Of a stretch of 64,000 nucleotides of DNA, positions 1 through 11,000 are shown one piece after another. A program made the translations under genes and the position numbers. Under the pieces are notes generated by a model. The model was not told where the DNA came from. It worked only from the letters and a program-made list of their open reading frames with translations, and did no database searches. Each line of letters begins with the position of its first letter. Positions within the stretch are counted from its first letter, which is position 1. Source of the DNA: Blastocatellia bacterium (lineage in GTDB: Bacteria > Acidobacteriota > Blastocatellia > UBA7656); NCBI GenBank assembly GCA_963765495.1, contig CAVXWP010000015.1:96001-160000 (forward strand), given 5' to 3'.

Positions 1-240
1 GAGAATATCTCGTGGCAGGAATTTACAGAGAGTCTCAATGCCAATCAAAACGGCATGATGTTTCGCCTGATGCATCCGGTTCAGGTTGGAATGAGACTTC
101 AGATAAAGACACCCATGCCGAGGCAATTCCGAATCCACAGTTGCGATAAAAGAATCTATGAAGTTGGCTGTGTTGTTCGCCACAGGGCAGGTGAAGAATT
201 CGGATGGAATCTCGTGGGAGTAGATTTCGGCTTTGTATAA
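1..240 (+). CDS. 3' part of a possible PilZ-like domain protein (5' end outside window)
   Basis: Frame is open from base 1 (ENISWQEFTESLNANQNGMMFRL...VVRH...LVGVDF). The NxNxxG and terminal GVxF patterns resemble PilZ beta-barrels. Confidence 0.45.
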   Translation, partial: ENISWQEFTESLNANQNGMMFRLMHPVQVGMRLQIKTPMPRQFRIHSCDKRIYEVGCVVRHRAGEEFGWNLVGVDFGFV

Positions 241-285
241 AGCCTGTTCAAACGGTCTTTGACTGATGTCGAGCACCGTTGTCTA

Positions 286-777
286 TTACCTGTCCGCGTC
301 GAAATAACGGCTGCGATAAAACACGCTGTCGTCGAAATAGCCCCGCAGCAACTCTATGCGGTCCTCTTCGACGCCGGGGATGACGGTCACGACATCATAG
401 CGATATGTTTCTTCGACCACATTCATCAATAAGCGATAGCGCCGCGCGGCGCGAGCTATCTGTCGCTGCTTCCTGAGACCTACGGCCCGCTCGGGGGCGA
501 CTATCTCATCCGAGGTGCGAGTCTTCACTTCTATAAAGACGAGCGTATCGCTGTCATAAGCGATAATATCAATCTCGGCGGTGAGTTTCTGCCCGCGCAG
601 ACCGCGCCCGAGCGGCACAAGGAAATTACGAGCTACGATTCGGTATCCTTCACGCTCTTTCAGGTAGGTGAGGGCTGCGCGCTCGCCTCGCTCTCCGAGT
701 TTGAGGTGAGGCGCACGGGCGCTCTTCTTCCGTTTCGAGAAAAATTGTTTGATCGCGCGGGACATAGGTTCAGTCAT
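286..777 (-). CDS. yraN: YraN/UPF0102 family endonuclease-like protein
   Basis: LGERGERAA..YL..GYRIVARN, EIDIIA, LVFIEVKTR and YRYDVV motifs. Start set at MTEPM (777) so that it does not overlap der. Confidence 0.88.
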   Translation of the reverse strand: MTEPMSRAIKQFFSKRKKSARAPHLKLGERGERAALTYLKEREGYRIVARNFLVPLGRGLRGQKLTAEIDIIAYDSDTLVFIEVKTRTSDEIVAPERAVGLRKQRQIARAARRYRLLMNVVEETYRYDVVTVIPGVEEDRIELLRGYFDDSVFYRSRYFDADR

Positions 778-834
778 CTTATACCGGTATATGAGCTTGT
801 AAAAGCTTTGATGGACGATATACATTGAAAGCAT

Positions 835-2226
835 ATGGAGGAGATTCAATCATCAGAGCCGCAGGCGGAAGAGACAGACCGGCAAGTGCTTCCGACCGTA
901 GTGATACTCGGTCGCCCTAACGTAGGCAAATCCACCCTCTTTAACAAGCTGACGGGCACGCGTCGCTCAATCGTGGGCGACGAGCCCGGAATAACACGCG
1001 ACCGGATTTACGGGCGCGCCGAATGGCTTGACCGCGAGTTTCGCCTCGTTGACACGGGCGGCATCATCCCCGACGAGAAGGAGTTTATCCCGGCGAACAT
1101 ACTTCGGCAGGCGCGAGCCGCGCTCGAAGAATCCTCGCTGATCCTGCTCGTAGTCGATGCGCGGGCGGGGATCACGCCGCTTGATGAAGAGCTTGCCGTG
1201 CTTGCGCGCTCAATCGCCAAACCTGTCTTTGTCGCCGCCAACAAAGTTGACACGGCAAAGCTCGAAGCCGACGCGATGGAGTTCGAGCGATGGGGATTCG
1301 CCGGAGTCTTTCCCGTTTCGGCAGAACACGGCAACGGGCTTGGAGACCTCCTTGATGCGGCGCTTGAGATTTTGCCTGCGCCACAGACCGTGGAGGAAGA
1401 GACGCGGGAAATCTCTTTGAGCATAGTCGGGCGTCCAAACGTGGGCAAATCCTCTATGGTCAACCGGCTGACCGGCGCAGAGCGCGTGATCGTCTCTCCC
1501 ATCCCGGGCACGACTCGCGACGCGATTGACACGGAGATCGAATACGAAGGGACGCTTTTCCGTTTGATTGACACGGCCGGTATTCGCCGCAAAGGCAAGA
1601 CCGAGTTGATGGCCGAAAAGCTGTCTGTAATCATGGCTCGCCGCCATCTTGAACGCGCCGACGTAGCCATCCTGTTGATTGACGCTGTAGAAGGCCCGAC
1701 CGCCCTCGATGCTACGATAGGCGGCTACGCTCACGAAGCGGGCGCGAGCCTTATAATCGGCGTCAACAAGTGGGACGCCGTAGAGAAAGACACCTACACG
1801 ACACTCGAATACGAACGCCGCATACGCGAGATGATGAAGTTTGCCGACTACGCACCCATCGTCTTCATTTCGGCGAAGACCGGCCAGCGCGTGACGAAGC
1901 TGCTCGAACTCGCCCGGCGCGCATACGAAGAGCGCGGTAAACGTGTCTCGACGGCGGAACTCAATCGTTTCTTTGAAAGAAATCTGCAACAGCCTCGCGC
2001 CACTACGCCTTCGCGCCACCCGTTGCGCGTGCTCTATATCACACAGGCGACTACACGCCCGCCGACATTCGTGCTCTTCACATCCTCTCGAAGCCCGCGC
2101 GCAAAGTTACATTTCTCTTACGAGCGTTACATCGAAAACCGCCTCCGCGAAGAGTTCGAATTCTTCGCAACGCCCATCAGAATAAAGCAGCGCCGCAAGA
2201 AAGGTGAACAGCGTGGAAAGAGGTAA
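835..2226 (+). CDS. der: Ribosome biogenesis GTPase Der (EngA)
   Basis: Two G-domains (GRPNVGKS twice, DTGG/DTAG, NKVD/NKWD) and a C-terminal KH-like domain (PPTFVLF...YERYIENRLRE). Confidence 0.97.
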   Translation: MEEIQSSEPQAEETDRQVLPTVVILGRPNVGKSTLFNKLTGTRRSIVGDEPGITRDRIYGRAEWLDREFRLVDTGGIIPDEKEFIPANILRQARAALEESSLILLVVDARAGITPLDEELAVLARSIAKPVFVAANKVDTAKLEADAMEFERWGFAGVFPVSAEHGNGLGDLLDAALEILPAPQTVEEETREISLSIVGRPNVGKSSMVNRLTGAERVIVSPIPGTTRDAIDTEIEYEGTLFRLIDTAGIRRKGKTELMAEKLSVIMARRHLERADVAILLIDAVEGPTALDATIGGYAHEAGASLIIGVNKWDAVEKDTYTTLEYERRIREMMKFADYAPIVFISAKTGQRVTKLLELARRAYEERGKRVSTAELNRFFERNLQQPRATTPSRHPLRVLYITQATTRPPTFVLFTSSRSPRAKLHFSYERYIENRLREEFEFFATPIRIKQRRKKGEQRGKR

Positions 2227-2304
2227 AGAGGGTGTCTGTCTTTGCCGGTCGTTTAATTCTCAGATTGACCTGTCGGGATTGTAGAAAAGCACTGATTGAT
2301 TTAT

Positions 2305-2378
2305 GAAAAAGCTTTGCGGACTTTGCGCCTCAGTGCCCTGACGTGAGCCTACTTCTCGCAAAGTCCGCAAAGCTTTTC
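2305..2378. repeat. Inverted repeat with tandem 9-mer arms (CTTTGCGGA), between convergent der and dnaJ
   Basis: AAAAGCTTTGCGGACTTTGCG ... CGCAAAGTCCGCAAAGCTTTT; ~21-bp perfect arms around a ~29-nt loop. Confidence 0.85.
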
Positions 2379-2402
2379 CTGAGAATCAAAGTTCGTTTTG
2401 AT

Positions 2403-3524
2403 TTAACTGAAAATATCTTTCACCTTGCCGATAATGCCGCGATCATTGCCCTGACCATCCTGGGATTCCAAAGCGGCCAGTTCCTCCATCAATCGGCGCT
2501 GCTCTCTGGAAAGATTGGTCGGAGTGATGACCGAAACGGCCACAAACAGATCGCCACGCCCGCGACCTCCAAGCATCGGCATTCCCTTGCCCCGTATGCG
2601 AAATACCTTGCCGTTTTGTGTCCCTTCGGGAACCTTTAATACCTCTTCTTCATCCAGCGTAGGCACTCTTACCTGGGTGCCGAGCGCGGCCTGAGTAAAT
2701 GATATAGGCAGGGCGCAATAGAGGTTTGCATCGCGCCGTTCGAACAGCTCGTGTTCCTTGACATGAAGGATTACATACAGGTCTCCGCGAGTCGCTCCGG
2801 GTTCGCCTGCTTCGCCTTCGCCCGTAATGCGCAGGCGGGTGCCCGTGTCAGCTCCGGCGGGTATTTTGATTTCAAGAGTTTTGTCGCGCTCGATGCGGCC
2901 TCCGCCCCGGCACTGGCGGCACACATCTTTTATGATTTTGCCCGCCCCTCGACAGGTTGAGCATGTGCGACTTACCGAAAAGAAACCCTGTTGATAACGG
3001 ACCTGCCCCGTTCCTGCGCAGGTCGCGCAGCGGGTGGGCGATGATCCCGAGGCGGCGCCTGTACCTTCGCAACTCTCGCATGTCTCAAGGCGCGGCACGC
3101 GAATCTTGGTCTTAAGCCCGCTTGCCGCCTCTTCAAGCGAAATCTCTATGTCGTATCTGAGGTCTGAGCCGCGACGCGGCCCTGACCGGCGACCGCCCCG
3201 CCCTCCGAATATTTCCCCGAATCCGAAGAGATCGCTCAGGATGTCTTCAAATCCCGGAAAGCCCTGTCCGAATCCCGCGCCCGCGCCCGCGCTTGCGCCC
3301 ACTCCCGCGTGGCCGTAGCGGTCATAACGCGGGCGAAGCTCGGCTGATGACAAGACCTGATAGGCTTCGGCTATCTCCTTGAAGCGTTCCTCGGCTTCGT
3401 GGTCTCCGGGGTTCTTATCGGGGTGATATTTGATTGCCAGACGGCGGTATGCCTGTTTCAGTTCCTGCTCGGTCGCACTGCGCTCGACGCCGAGCACCTC
3501 GTAATAATCGCGTTTGCTACTCAA
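2403..3524 (-). CDS. dnaJ: Chaperone DnaJ
   Basis: [13 protein letters not shown] motif, G/F-rich linker and four CxxCxGxG zinc motifs. TTG start at 3524 follows a GAGG RBS; the ORF-track start at 3665 overlaps dnaK. Confidence 0.96.
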   Translation of the reverse strand: MSSKRDYYEVLGVERSATEQELKQAYRRLAIKYHPDKNPGDHEAEERFKEIAEAYQVLSSAELRPRYDRYGHAGVGASAGAGAGFGQGFPGFEDILSDLFGFGEIFGGRGGRRSGPRRGSDLRYDIEISLEEAASGLKTKIRVPRLETCESCEGTGAASGSSPTRCATCAGTGQVRYQQGFFSVSRTCSTCRGAGKIIKDVCRQCRGGGRIERDKTLEIKIPAGADTGTRLRITGEGEAGEPGATRGDLYVILHVKEHELFERRDANLYCALPISFTQAALGTQVRVPTLDEEEVLKVPEGTQNGKVFRIRGKGMPMLGGRGRGDLFVAVSVITPTNLSREQRRLMEELAALESQDGQGNDRGIIGKVKDIFS

Positions 3525-3627
3525 GTCTCTTTTTACCTCTGAGGGGTTTATTTTGGCTCGTTCAGGGGTGGCGCATATTGAAACGCGCCACATGCTGAAC
3601 GAAGCCTGAGATTGATTATAGCAAAGT

Positions 3628-5496
3628 TTACGACATTTCCGATAACGGAGTTGCCTCTTCTTCACCGGGCTGGGCCGAGCCGGACTGAAGTCCCGTCGGG
3701 CGGAACATCACATCGGTAATCAAGCGAGCAGCCGTTTCGAGTTGTTCGAGCGCGTAACGGACCTCTCCGGCGTCATCGCTCAGGACCGATACGCGCCCGT
3801 TTTCAAGCGCCGTGCGCGCAAATTCCTGATCCCGCGAGCTTAACATCCAGCCAAATTCCGTGAAGGACCGAATCGTGTTTTGAAGCAGTCCCTCGAGCCG
3901 GTTGCGCGCAATGATGACCTCTTTCATCCTGCGGTCGGTATCAATGTTGCGACCGGCCTCTTCAATCAAATCATATATCTCGGAGGCCGACAGCCCCGAA
4001 GACGGAGTGATTCGCATGGCCTGCTCGTGGTTTGTCATCTTGTCGCGAGCCGAGACCGAGACTATGCCGTCGGCGTCCACTTCGAATGTCACCTCGATCT
4101 GAGGCAGGCCGCGCGGAGCGGTCGGTATGCCGACAAGCTCGAAACGCGCAAGGCTGCGATTGCCCGAAGCGATTTCGCGCTCGCCTTGAAGAACGTGGAC
4201 CTCGACCACCTGCTGATTGTCTGCGACGGTCGTAAAGACAAGGCTCTTTTTGGTAGGAATGGTCGAGTTGCGGTCGAGTATTTTTGTAAACAACCCGCCG
4301 CGCGTCTCTATTCCGAGCGAGAGCGGAATCACATCGAGCAGTATGAGGTCTTTGACATCGCCCGACAGCACGCCCGCCTGAATGGCTGCGCCGATTGCGA
4401 CTACCTCATCAGGATTGATCTCAATCGAAGGCTCACGTCCGAATATTTCGCGCACGCGAGCGACTATAATGGGTGAACGGGTCTGGCCGCCTACAAGCAG
4501 CACCTTGGTAATATCGGATGGTGTAAGACGGGCGTCGCTGAGCGCCTTCTGGCACGGCTCTATTGTGCGCTCGACCAGATCGACTACGAGTTCTTCGAAT
4601 TTCTGACGCGAGAGCGTCTTGTTGAAATGCTTGGGCCCGGTCTGATCCGCTGCAATAAAAGGCAGATTCAACTGAGACTCTGTGGCCGTAGACAATTCGC
4701 ATTTTGCGCGCTCGGCGGCTTCTTTCAATCGCTGGAGCGCGAGACGATCCGAGCGCAGGTCTATGCCGGTCTCTTCCTGGAAGGTTTCGATCATCCATTC
4801 GACCACGCGCTGATCAAAGTCTTCGCCGCCCAGAAACGAATCGCCGCAGGTTGAGAGCACTTCGAAGACGCCATCGCACATCTCCATTATCGATATGTCA
4901 AACGTGCCTCCGCCAAGATCATAAACTGCGACCCGCTCGTTGTCGTGCTTGCCCAGACCATAGGCAAGCGCGGCGGCGGTCGGTTCATTGATTATGCGCT
5001 GGACGTTGAGACCCGCTATTTTGCCCGCATCCTTTGTCGCCTGTCGCTGGATATCGTCGAAGTAAGCGGGCACGGTGATGATCGCTTCCGTTACTTCGTC
5101 GCCGAGGAATTCTTCGGCCGCGAGTTTCAATCGCTGAAGCAGTATGGCCGATATTTCAGGCGGAGAATAATCTCGCCCACGTACCCGGACGCGGCAATCG
5201 CCGTTATGCGATTCGGTGATCTCGAAAGAGCAAACCTCGCACGCGCGGTTGACTTCAAGGGAGTTATATTTCCTTCCCATTAATCGCTTCACAGCATAGA
5301 TGGTATTGACCGAGTTCGTTATGGCCTGGCGCTTTGCTATCTGGCCTATCAGCCGCTCCCCCTTTTCAGTGAAAGCGACCACGGAAGGCGTTGTACGCCC
5401 GCCTTCTTTGTTGGGTACTATCTGTGTGACACCGCCTTCCAGTATCGCCACGCACGAATTGGTCGTGCCCAGGTCTATTCCTATAACTTTGCCCAT
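3628..5496 (-). CDS. dnaK: Chaperone DnaK (Hsp70) with a divergent C-terminal lid
   Basis: [30 protein letters not shown] and [13 protein letters not shown] motifs; GGAGG RBS upstream. Confidence 0.95.
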   Translation of the reverse strand: MGKVIGIDLGTTNSCVAILEGGVTQIVPNKEGGRTTPSVVAFTEKGERLIGQIAKRQAITNSVNTIYAVKRLMGRKYNSLEVNRACEVCSFEITESHNGDCRVRVRGRDYSPPEISAILLQRLKLAAEEFLGDEVTEAIITVPAYFDDIQRQATKDAGKIAGLNVQRIINEPTAAALAYGLGKHDNERVAVYDLGGGTFDISIMEMCDGVFEVLSTCGDSFLGGEDFDQRVVEWMIETFQEETGIDLRSDRLALQRLKEAAERAKCELSTATESQLNLPFIAADQTGPKHFNKTLSRQKFEELVVDLVERTIEPCQKALSDARLTPSDITKVLLVGGQTRSPIIVARVREIFGREPSIEINPDEVVAIGAAIQAGVLSGDVKDLILLDVIPLSLGIETRGGLFTKILDRNSTIPTKKSLVFTTVADNQQVVEVHVLQGEREIASGNRSLARFELVGIPTAPRGLPQIEVTFEVDADGIVSVSARDKMTNHEQAMRITPSSGLSASEIYDLIEEAGRNIDTDRRMKEVIIARNRLEGLLQNTIRSFTEFGWMLSSRDQEFARTALENGRVSVLSDDAGEVRYALEQLETAARLITDVMFRPTGLQSGSAQPGEEEATPLSEMS

Positions 5497-5566
5497 AAGA
5501 GATCCTCCTTACATATATGGCCGAGTAAGGTATACGGGGGTACGGCTAATCGGGCAGGGGCAGGAA

Positions 5567-5654
5567 ATTTTGGATTTCGGATTTTAGATTTCGGATTCTC
5601 AGATTTGAAAGGCTATGCTCGATTCCCAATCTGAAATCCAAAATCTAAAATCGG
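5567..5654. repeat. Heptamer tandem repeats (ATTTYRG)n in inverted arrangement, abutting the grpE stop
   Basis: ATTTTGG ATTTCGG ATTTTAG ATTTCGG ... CTGAAAT CCAAAAT CTAAAAT CGG, followed by CTA (grpE TAG). Confidence 0.85.
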
Positions 5655-6362
5655 CTACCGGTTGGGGCTGGCGGCGACTTTTACCTTGGCCGGGCGAAGC
5701 AATCGGGTGCCCAGCCTATATCCGCGCTGAAACTCTTCAATGATCGTATCCTCTTCGTGATCTTCGCTCGGCTCGGTCGTTACAGCTTCGTGAAGGTTAG
5801 GATCAAATGTCTGACCCACACTCTCGACCGGCTCGAGCCCCATCCTTGTCACCGCATCGTTGAGTTGTTTGTGTATCAACTCAACACCCTGGCGCAGGGC
5901 CTCGGCATCGTTACCGCTCTTTTCCAGACTCACCAGAGCGCGCTCGAAATTATCGAGGACCGGGAGCAATTCGAGCAGCACTTCGGCGCGAGCGTGCTGA
6001 TAAATCTCGCCCTTTTCACGCTCGACGCGCTTGCGATAGTTATCGAACTCGGCCTGACGTCTGAGCGCCTGATCATAAAGCGATGTCTTCTCTTTTGTGA
6101 GCGCATCCACCTGCGCCTGCAATCCCGCCCATGCTGCATCCCAGGTCCGGCTCATCTCTTCGAAATCATCGGAGCGAGCATTCGGAGGTTCGGGTCTTGT
6201 GCGCGATTCGGTCTCCGGTTCGTTCTCAGCTACAAGCTCCAGTTCATCATCGCTGCTCAGTTCAAGCTCGGAGGAGAGGTCGCGCGCTTCTTGCCGTGAC
6301 TCATCATCTCCATCTGCAAACTCAATAGGAATCTCTCTAGCCTTGTTTTCCTTCTGTCGCAT
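5655..6362 (-). CDS. grpE: Nucleotide exchange factor GrpE
   Basis: AEFDNYRKR, LLPVLDNFERA, FDPNLHEA and GY.L..RLLRPAKVKV motifs; start taken at MRQKE. Confidence 0.95.
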   Translation of the reverse strand: MRQKENKAREIPIEFADGDDESRQEARDLSSELELSSDDELELVAENEPETESRTRPEPPNARSDDFEEMSRTWDAAWAGLQAQVDALTKEKTSLYDQALRRQAEFDNYRKRVEREKGEIYQHARAEVLLELLPVLDNFERALVSLEKSGNDAEALRQGVELIHKQLNDAVTRMGLEPVESVGQTFDPNLHEAVTTEPSEDHEEDTIIEEFQRGYRLGTRLLRPAKVKVAASPNR

Positions 6363-6406
6363 CTCGTATTTGTTATCTTCCTGTCTTTGTTCAATATTTA
6401 AGAACA

Positions 6407-7504
6407 TCAAAGCGTCCGTGCCTGTCTGTTCAACTGTGACGAATTTTCCGGGTCGAACACGCGCTCAAACAGCCTGGAGATATAATCCACTACGCCGATG
6501 AGCCGGTCGTATTCGAGTCGCATAGGTCCCACAACACCTATGCTGCCGACTGCCGTGCCGCCGGCATAAAAGCAGGGCGACGCGATCACAGAGCAGTCGC
6601 GTAAACCGATAAAACGATTCTCGCTGCCTATCCGCACGGCTACAACCTCACGTTGTGCGCTCTCTATGCACTCGTTCAGGATTTTGACGATGCGGCTCTT
6701 CTGTTCAAACATCTTAAAGAGAGCAAACATCCGCTCGGTATCGGCAAAATCAGGCTTCGAGAGAATGTTCGATGCCCCTTCAATAAAAACATCGGGCCGG
6801 TCGCCTTCCTGGAGGCTATGGGCGCAAAGCAAAACGGCGTTGCGGAGGAAGCGGTCATAGATCGCTTTCTCTTCGCTCATGCGATGGAGCAATTCGTCGC
6901 GAATCTCGCTGAGCGTCCGACCGTAAAAATTTTCTATCAGGTACCGCGCCGTAGAGTTCAACTCGTCCTGAGTGAAATCCGTGTCAACGCGAACGACCCG
7001 ATCCTGAACGCGGCCCGCGCTTGAGACCGTGATCACGAGTATGCGCGTGTCGGGCAGCTTGACGAACTCTATGTGGCGCAATATGTCTCTTGTGATTGAC
7101 GGCGGCACGACTATGCCTACGTTGTCTGACAATTGCGACAGCAACTGGCTTGTCCGCTCCATCAACCGCTCAACGCTTATGAGCGATTCTTCGTCAAGCA
7201 ACTGCTCTTTTATGAGAGCCAGATCCGACCGCGAGAGCCGCATCATACCCATTAAATTGTCAACATAGAGCCTGTATCCCTTATCCGTGGGCACGCGCCC
7301 GGCGGAAGTGTGAGGGTGCGTCAAATAGCCTTCATCTTCAAGCTCTGCGCAAATATTGCGGATCGTGGCCGAAGAGAGCCCTTCACTCGACTGTTTAGCG
7401 AGCGCAAACGATCCGACCGGCTGACCCGTAGCGATGTGTAGCCTCACAATCGCAGTGAGTATCTCTTTCTTGCGGTCGTCCAAGATGAAACCGCTTCTCT
7501 TCAT
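6407..7504 (-). CDS. hrcA: Heat-inducible transcription repressor HrcA
   Basis: PVGS, SSATIRN, HTSAGRVPTDKGYR and GVVGPMRLEY motifs; start at MKRSG (7504), downstream of the predicted promoter. Confidence 0.95.
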   Translation of the reverse strand: MKRSGFILDDRKKEILTAIVRLHIATGQPVGSFALAKQSSEGLSSATIRNICAELEDEGYLTHPHTSAGRVPTDKGYRLYVDNLMGMMRLSRSDLALIKEQLLDEESLISVERLMERTSQLLSQLSDNVGIVVPPSITRDILRHIEFVKLPDTRILVITVSSAGRVQDRVVRVDTDFTQDELNSTARYLIENFYGRTLSEIRDELLHRMSEEKAIYDRFLRNAVLLCAHSLQEGDRPDVFIEGASNILSKPDFADTERMFALFKMFEQKSRIVKILNECIESAQREVVAVRIGSENRFIGLRDCSVIASPCFYAGGTAVGSIGVVGPMRLEYDRLIGVVDYISRLFERVFDPENSSQLNRQARTL

Positions 7505-7547
7505 AAATTCATCACAAGGGAGCAGGCCCGAATGGTATCTCAACCGT

Positions 7548-7576
7548 AACTTAGCATCGACAGCCTACCCTGTCAA
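7548..7576 (-). promoter_or_regulatory. Sigma70-type promoter of the hrcA operon
   Basis: Minus strand TTGACA-N17-TAAGTT with a TG extended -10, ~45 nt before the hrcA ATG. Confidence 0.7.
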
Positions 7577-7618
7577 TAATATTGCCCTGAGAAGGGGTTG
7601 GCGGGCAAGGGTTTTCGG

Positions 7619-8038
7619 TCACAGCCTTATACGGCTTGCATCGGAGTCACCGTCGGATTTTCGCTCGATCTCCCCGGCATAGACACGCAGGAAAATCTCT
7701 ACAGTGAATGAAGTCGTGGCTTGAAAGAGATGACCGCCAACCGTGCGCATTTCGCGATCGGTCAGGACGGCGTGGCAGTGCGCGAACGGCTCTCCGTCAA
7801 GCCTTCCTATATTGCCCGTAAGCGCTACCAGTTCCATCGAATCCGCAAACTCGCGCTTTATGTATCGCTTCTCGTCGGGGACGACGATGCCGAGCACGCT
7901 CTTGCTTACCGCTCCTATCCCTGTGAGCGAGGCCATCCCTATACGTTCGGTGTTGGCAAGCTTCTTAAGCGAAGCGATAATTTCGTCTCCGATATCGAGA
8001 ACCAGAATAAATCCCGAATCCGTGCGTCTGACTTTCAC
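7619..8038 (-). CDS. PPC/DUF296 domain protein
   Basis: GDEII..L, GIGAV, ELVALTGNI, PFAHCHAVL and VGGHL motifs. Confidence 0.88.
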   Translation of the reverse strand: MKVRRTDSGFILVLDIGDEIIASLKKLANTERIGMASLTGIGAVSKSVLGIVVPDEKRYIKREFADSMELVALTGNIGRLDGEPFAHCHAVLTDREMRTVGGHLFQATTSFTVEIFLRVYAGEIERKSDGDSDASRIRL

Positions 8039-8080
8039 TCGAATACCTCCTGACCCGTTGTTGTATGTTGTAAAGACATA

Positions 8081-11000
8081 TTACCTGTTGCCGATCCCGT
8101 TGCCGAGTTGCGAGAACTGATCCGTTCCAACCGCGCCAAGCCCGGCAAGACTGAAGGTGAAAGAGAAGGCGCTCTCATTGCGCAGACCTGCTTTGAAAGT
8201 GTTGTAGTTGAATTGCACCCCGCAACAATCCCATCCATATCCGAAATAGCTGCGCGAATATCTGAGCCGCCCTTTCGAAAACTGTCCGCCTGTCAGAAAG
8301 CGGTCCGTGAAATCGTAGCCGATGCGCGTGCCTCCGTAAAATCCCTGATTCTCTTTTCCGTATTGCACGGTTGTGACGACCTGGTTGCCCGCAAATGTGC
8401 CGGGCTCAAAACTGTTTGGCGCAATCTCTATCTTGCGCGACAGATACCAGTTCCCCGCAACCGAAAACTTGCCCCTGTCAAATCCGCCTCCGACAATCAC
8501 ATTGCGCACCGCTTTGTCCTCGGAGCCGATGTCCATCCGCAGATCGGCATAAACTGAAGAGAGCGGGCGGTAGCGAACCTGCACATTCAGAGGCGAGAAG
8601 CTGCGCGCTCGTCCGCCGTATGAGAATCCTGTCAGCGTATTGATCGGATAAAACTGGTTGCGGCGACCGGCAATGAGCGCCCCTCCAAAGTTGCGGTCAA
8701 AGAAATATTTTTGCGCGACCTTTACGCTCAGGAATTCATAAGCCTGAGGCGGCGCGTCGAGATTGCTGGCATCATCGTCGTCGTCGTCATCGTCATCACT
8801 ATCATTTTTCTTGGTGTTCTTGCTATTTCCGCGTGCGCGCTTTGTTTGATTATTTTTGCCTTCGACGTTTAACTCGGCTTTGTCGCCGGTCTCGATCTTC
8901 TGTTTCTTATCGGCCGGAGCCTGTCCCGCGGCTCCGGGTTCCTGCCCTTCGGTCTCGGGGTTTTCTTTTGCAGTCTCCGGGTTCAAATCTGAATTCTCAG
9001 ACTCTTTCGTCGTGGTCTCCGGTTGCTGCTCGTTTGCGTCTTTACGGCGTTTGTTTCGCTTCTGCTCTTCGGGCCCTTCAATCTCCATCTCCGAAGGCTC
9101 TCTGTCTTCACGTTTGCGTATGCGTCCGCGCGCGATGTCGGATGCGCTTCGCTGAATGAAAAAACGATTCACTACGGCGTATTCAAATTCGTTTGTGTTG
9201 GCTATGGCATCGCGCTCATCGAATCTGATTATCTCTTCAAACTCCTCACCGATCCCGCCTGTTTTGCGATACGTGATGTAAGGCTCTATCACATGTTTGA
9301 ACCTCTCGGAGCCGTCAGGGTTGAGATAATCTTTTTCAAGCGCAGGCGGACGGATGTCAAGATCGAATTCGCCGTAATGTCGTGAAATGCTGTCGGAGGT
9401 TACTGGATTGAGCGAGGCCGGGTCGAATATCTTTATCAGAGAATTGAACTCTTTCTGCGCAGGGTCGAGGCGCGGATCGCCCGGATTGAGCGCGAAAGTT
9501 TCGGGGTTGAAAACGGGCACGCTCGGGTCGAGGCGATTCGAATAATATGTCTCGCGAAGCGAGAGACTCGGTGTGATCGCAACCCCCGCGAAGGTGGCAA
9601 GCGGCGCTGTGATCTTTGATTGCAGATCAAACCGTTGAACCGATGCGGGCGTTATCAGCACGGATTCGCCCGCGACCGACTCTTCGCGCTTGAGCGACCC
9701 TACCGTAGCCTCGAAGGAATAATATATCGGCAGCCTGTCGAGTATGCGCTTCGGATAAGATGTAAGATTGATTTCAGGCGCTTGCCTTATCTTGATGTCA
9801 AAATTTGTCCCCGTAGTCGGCGTTGACTCCGGGTCGCTCGACGGACGGAAGATGGTAGTAGTCTCGTTGGCCGCGAGAAAGTTGAAACTGAAATTTCCCG
9901 TGTTGTTGTTCAGATAAAAAGTAGACTCGCGGCGCGGGTCGATCACATCGCTTATGTTGTCGGAAAAGACCTGGCGAAACTGAAGGCTTGAGACGAGCGA
10001 AACGTCGGCTACGGCTAGCCATCCGTGCGGGAGGTATTGCACCGCCTCTGTAACAAATGCCGTCCCCCCCTGGTCATCGCCCGGCTCGCCAAACAGCCTG
10101 TCCTTGACCGTGTAGACTCCCATCCTTATGTAGGATTTTTGATCGGTCTGCGCTCGGAACTCCGCGCCAAAGCCAAGCCCCCGAGAGGTGTAAAGATCAT
10201 TGCGGATAGTGATGTCGGCCGATTGCCCGAGCGTCTGGTAGTAGGCCGTCTTCAGTATTCGTCCCTTCTGATTTGAATTGCCCGTAATCGGCAGAAGGAA
10301 TCCCGACTTGCGCTCTTTCTTTGTAGCCGGTATCCATGCGTATGGCAGATAGAAAGCCGGCAGCCCTCTTACATAAAACGTAGAATCGTGCAGTTTTACC
10401 CGGTCGCCCATCTTCAGTTCGGCGCGCTCGGCGCTGAATCTCCATTTCGGCTCTACATCTTCGCAGGCCGTGACCGAGGCGTTTATAAGTTCGTAAGTTT
10501 GAGGGCCGGTCTTTTCGACGCGCTCCGCCGTATAGAAGAGATATTCGCCCGTCTGGGTGTGATTGGTAAAACCAGTGGTGTCCCAGAAGGTAGCTTTTTT
10601 CGAAGTCCAGTTGATTTCGGCGCGGCGGGCGGTCACTCGCTGATCGTCGCCCTGATCGAAGATGACATTGCCTTCGGCAACCATATCGCCGGTAGTGGTG
10701 TTGAAAGTCGCCCTGTCGGCCTGTAGCCTGACCTCACCCTGCGTGGCATTCACATAGCCTTCGGCAATGATTATATCGCCGGTTCTGGATTGATGATCCG
10801 ATACCAGGTCCACAGGGATGACGCGCGTTGCCGCGCTCCTTGCAGGCGCTTCCGCGACCGTCCCTTCTTTCTCATCGCTTCCCAGAGATGCTCTTTGAGC
10901 ACGCTTCTTTTTCTTCTTATCTTTCTTGCCTTCTTTGCCCTGATCGGCCTTATCGGTTTCGTCGGTCTGATCGTCTTTGTCCTCTTTTTGTTCGGGCTGT

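Noticed and set aside
7551-7579. CIRCE operator
   Set aside because: Only TTAGCA matches; there is no second arm at the 9-nt spacing.
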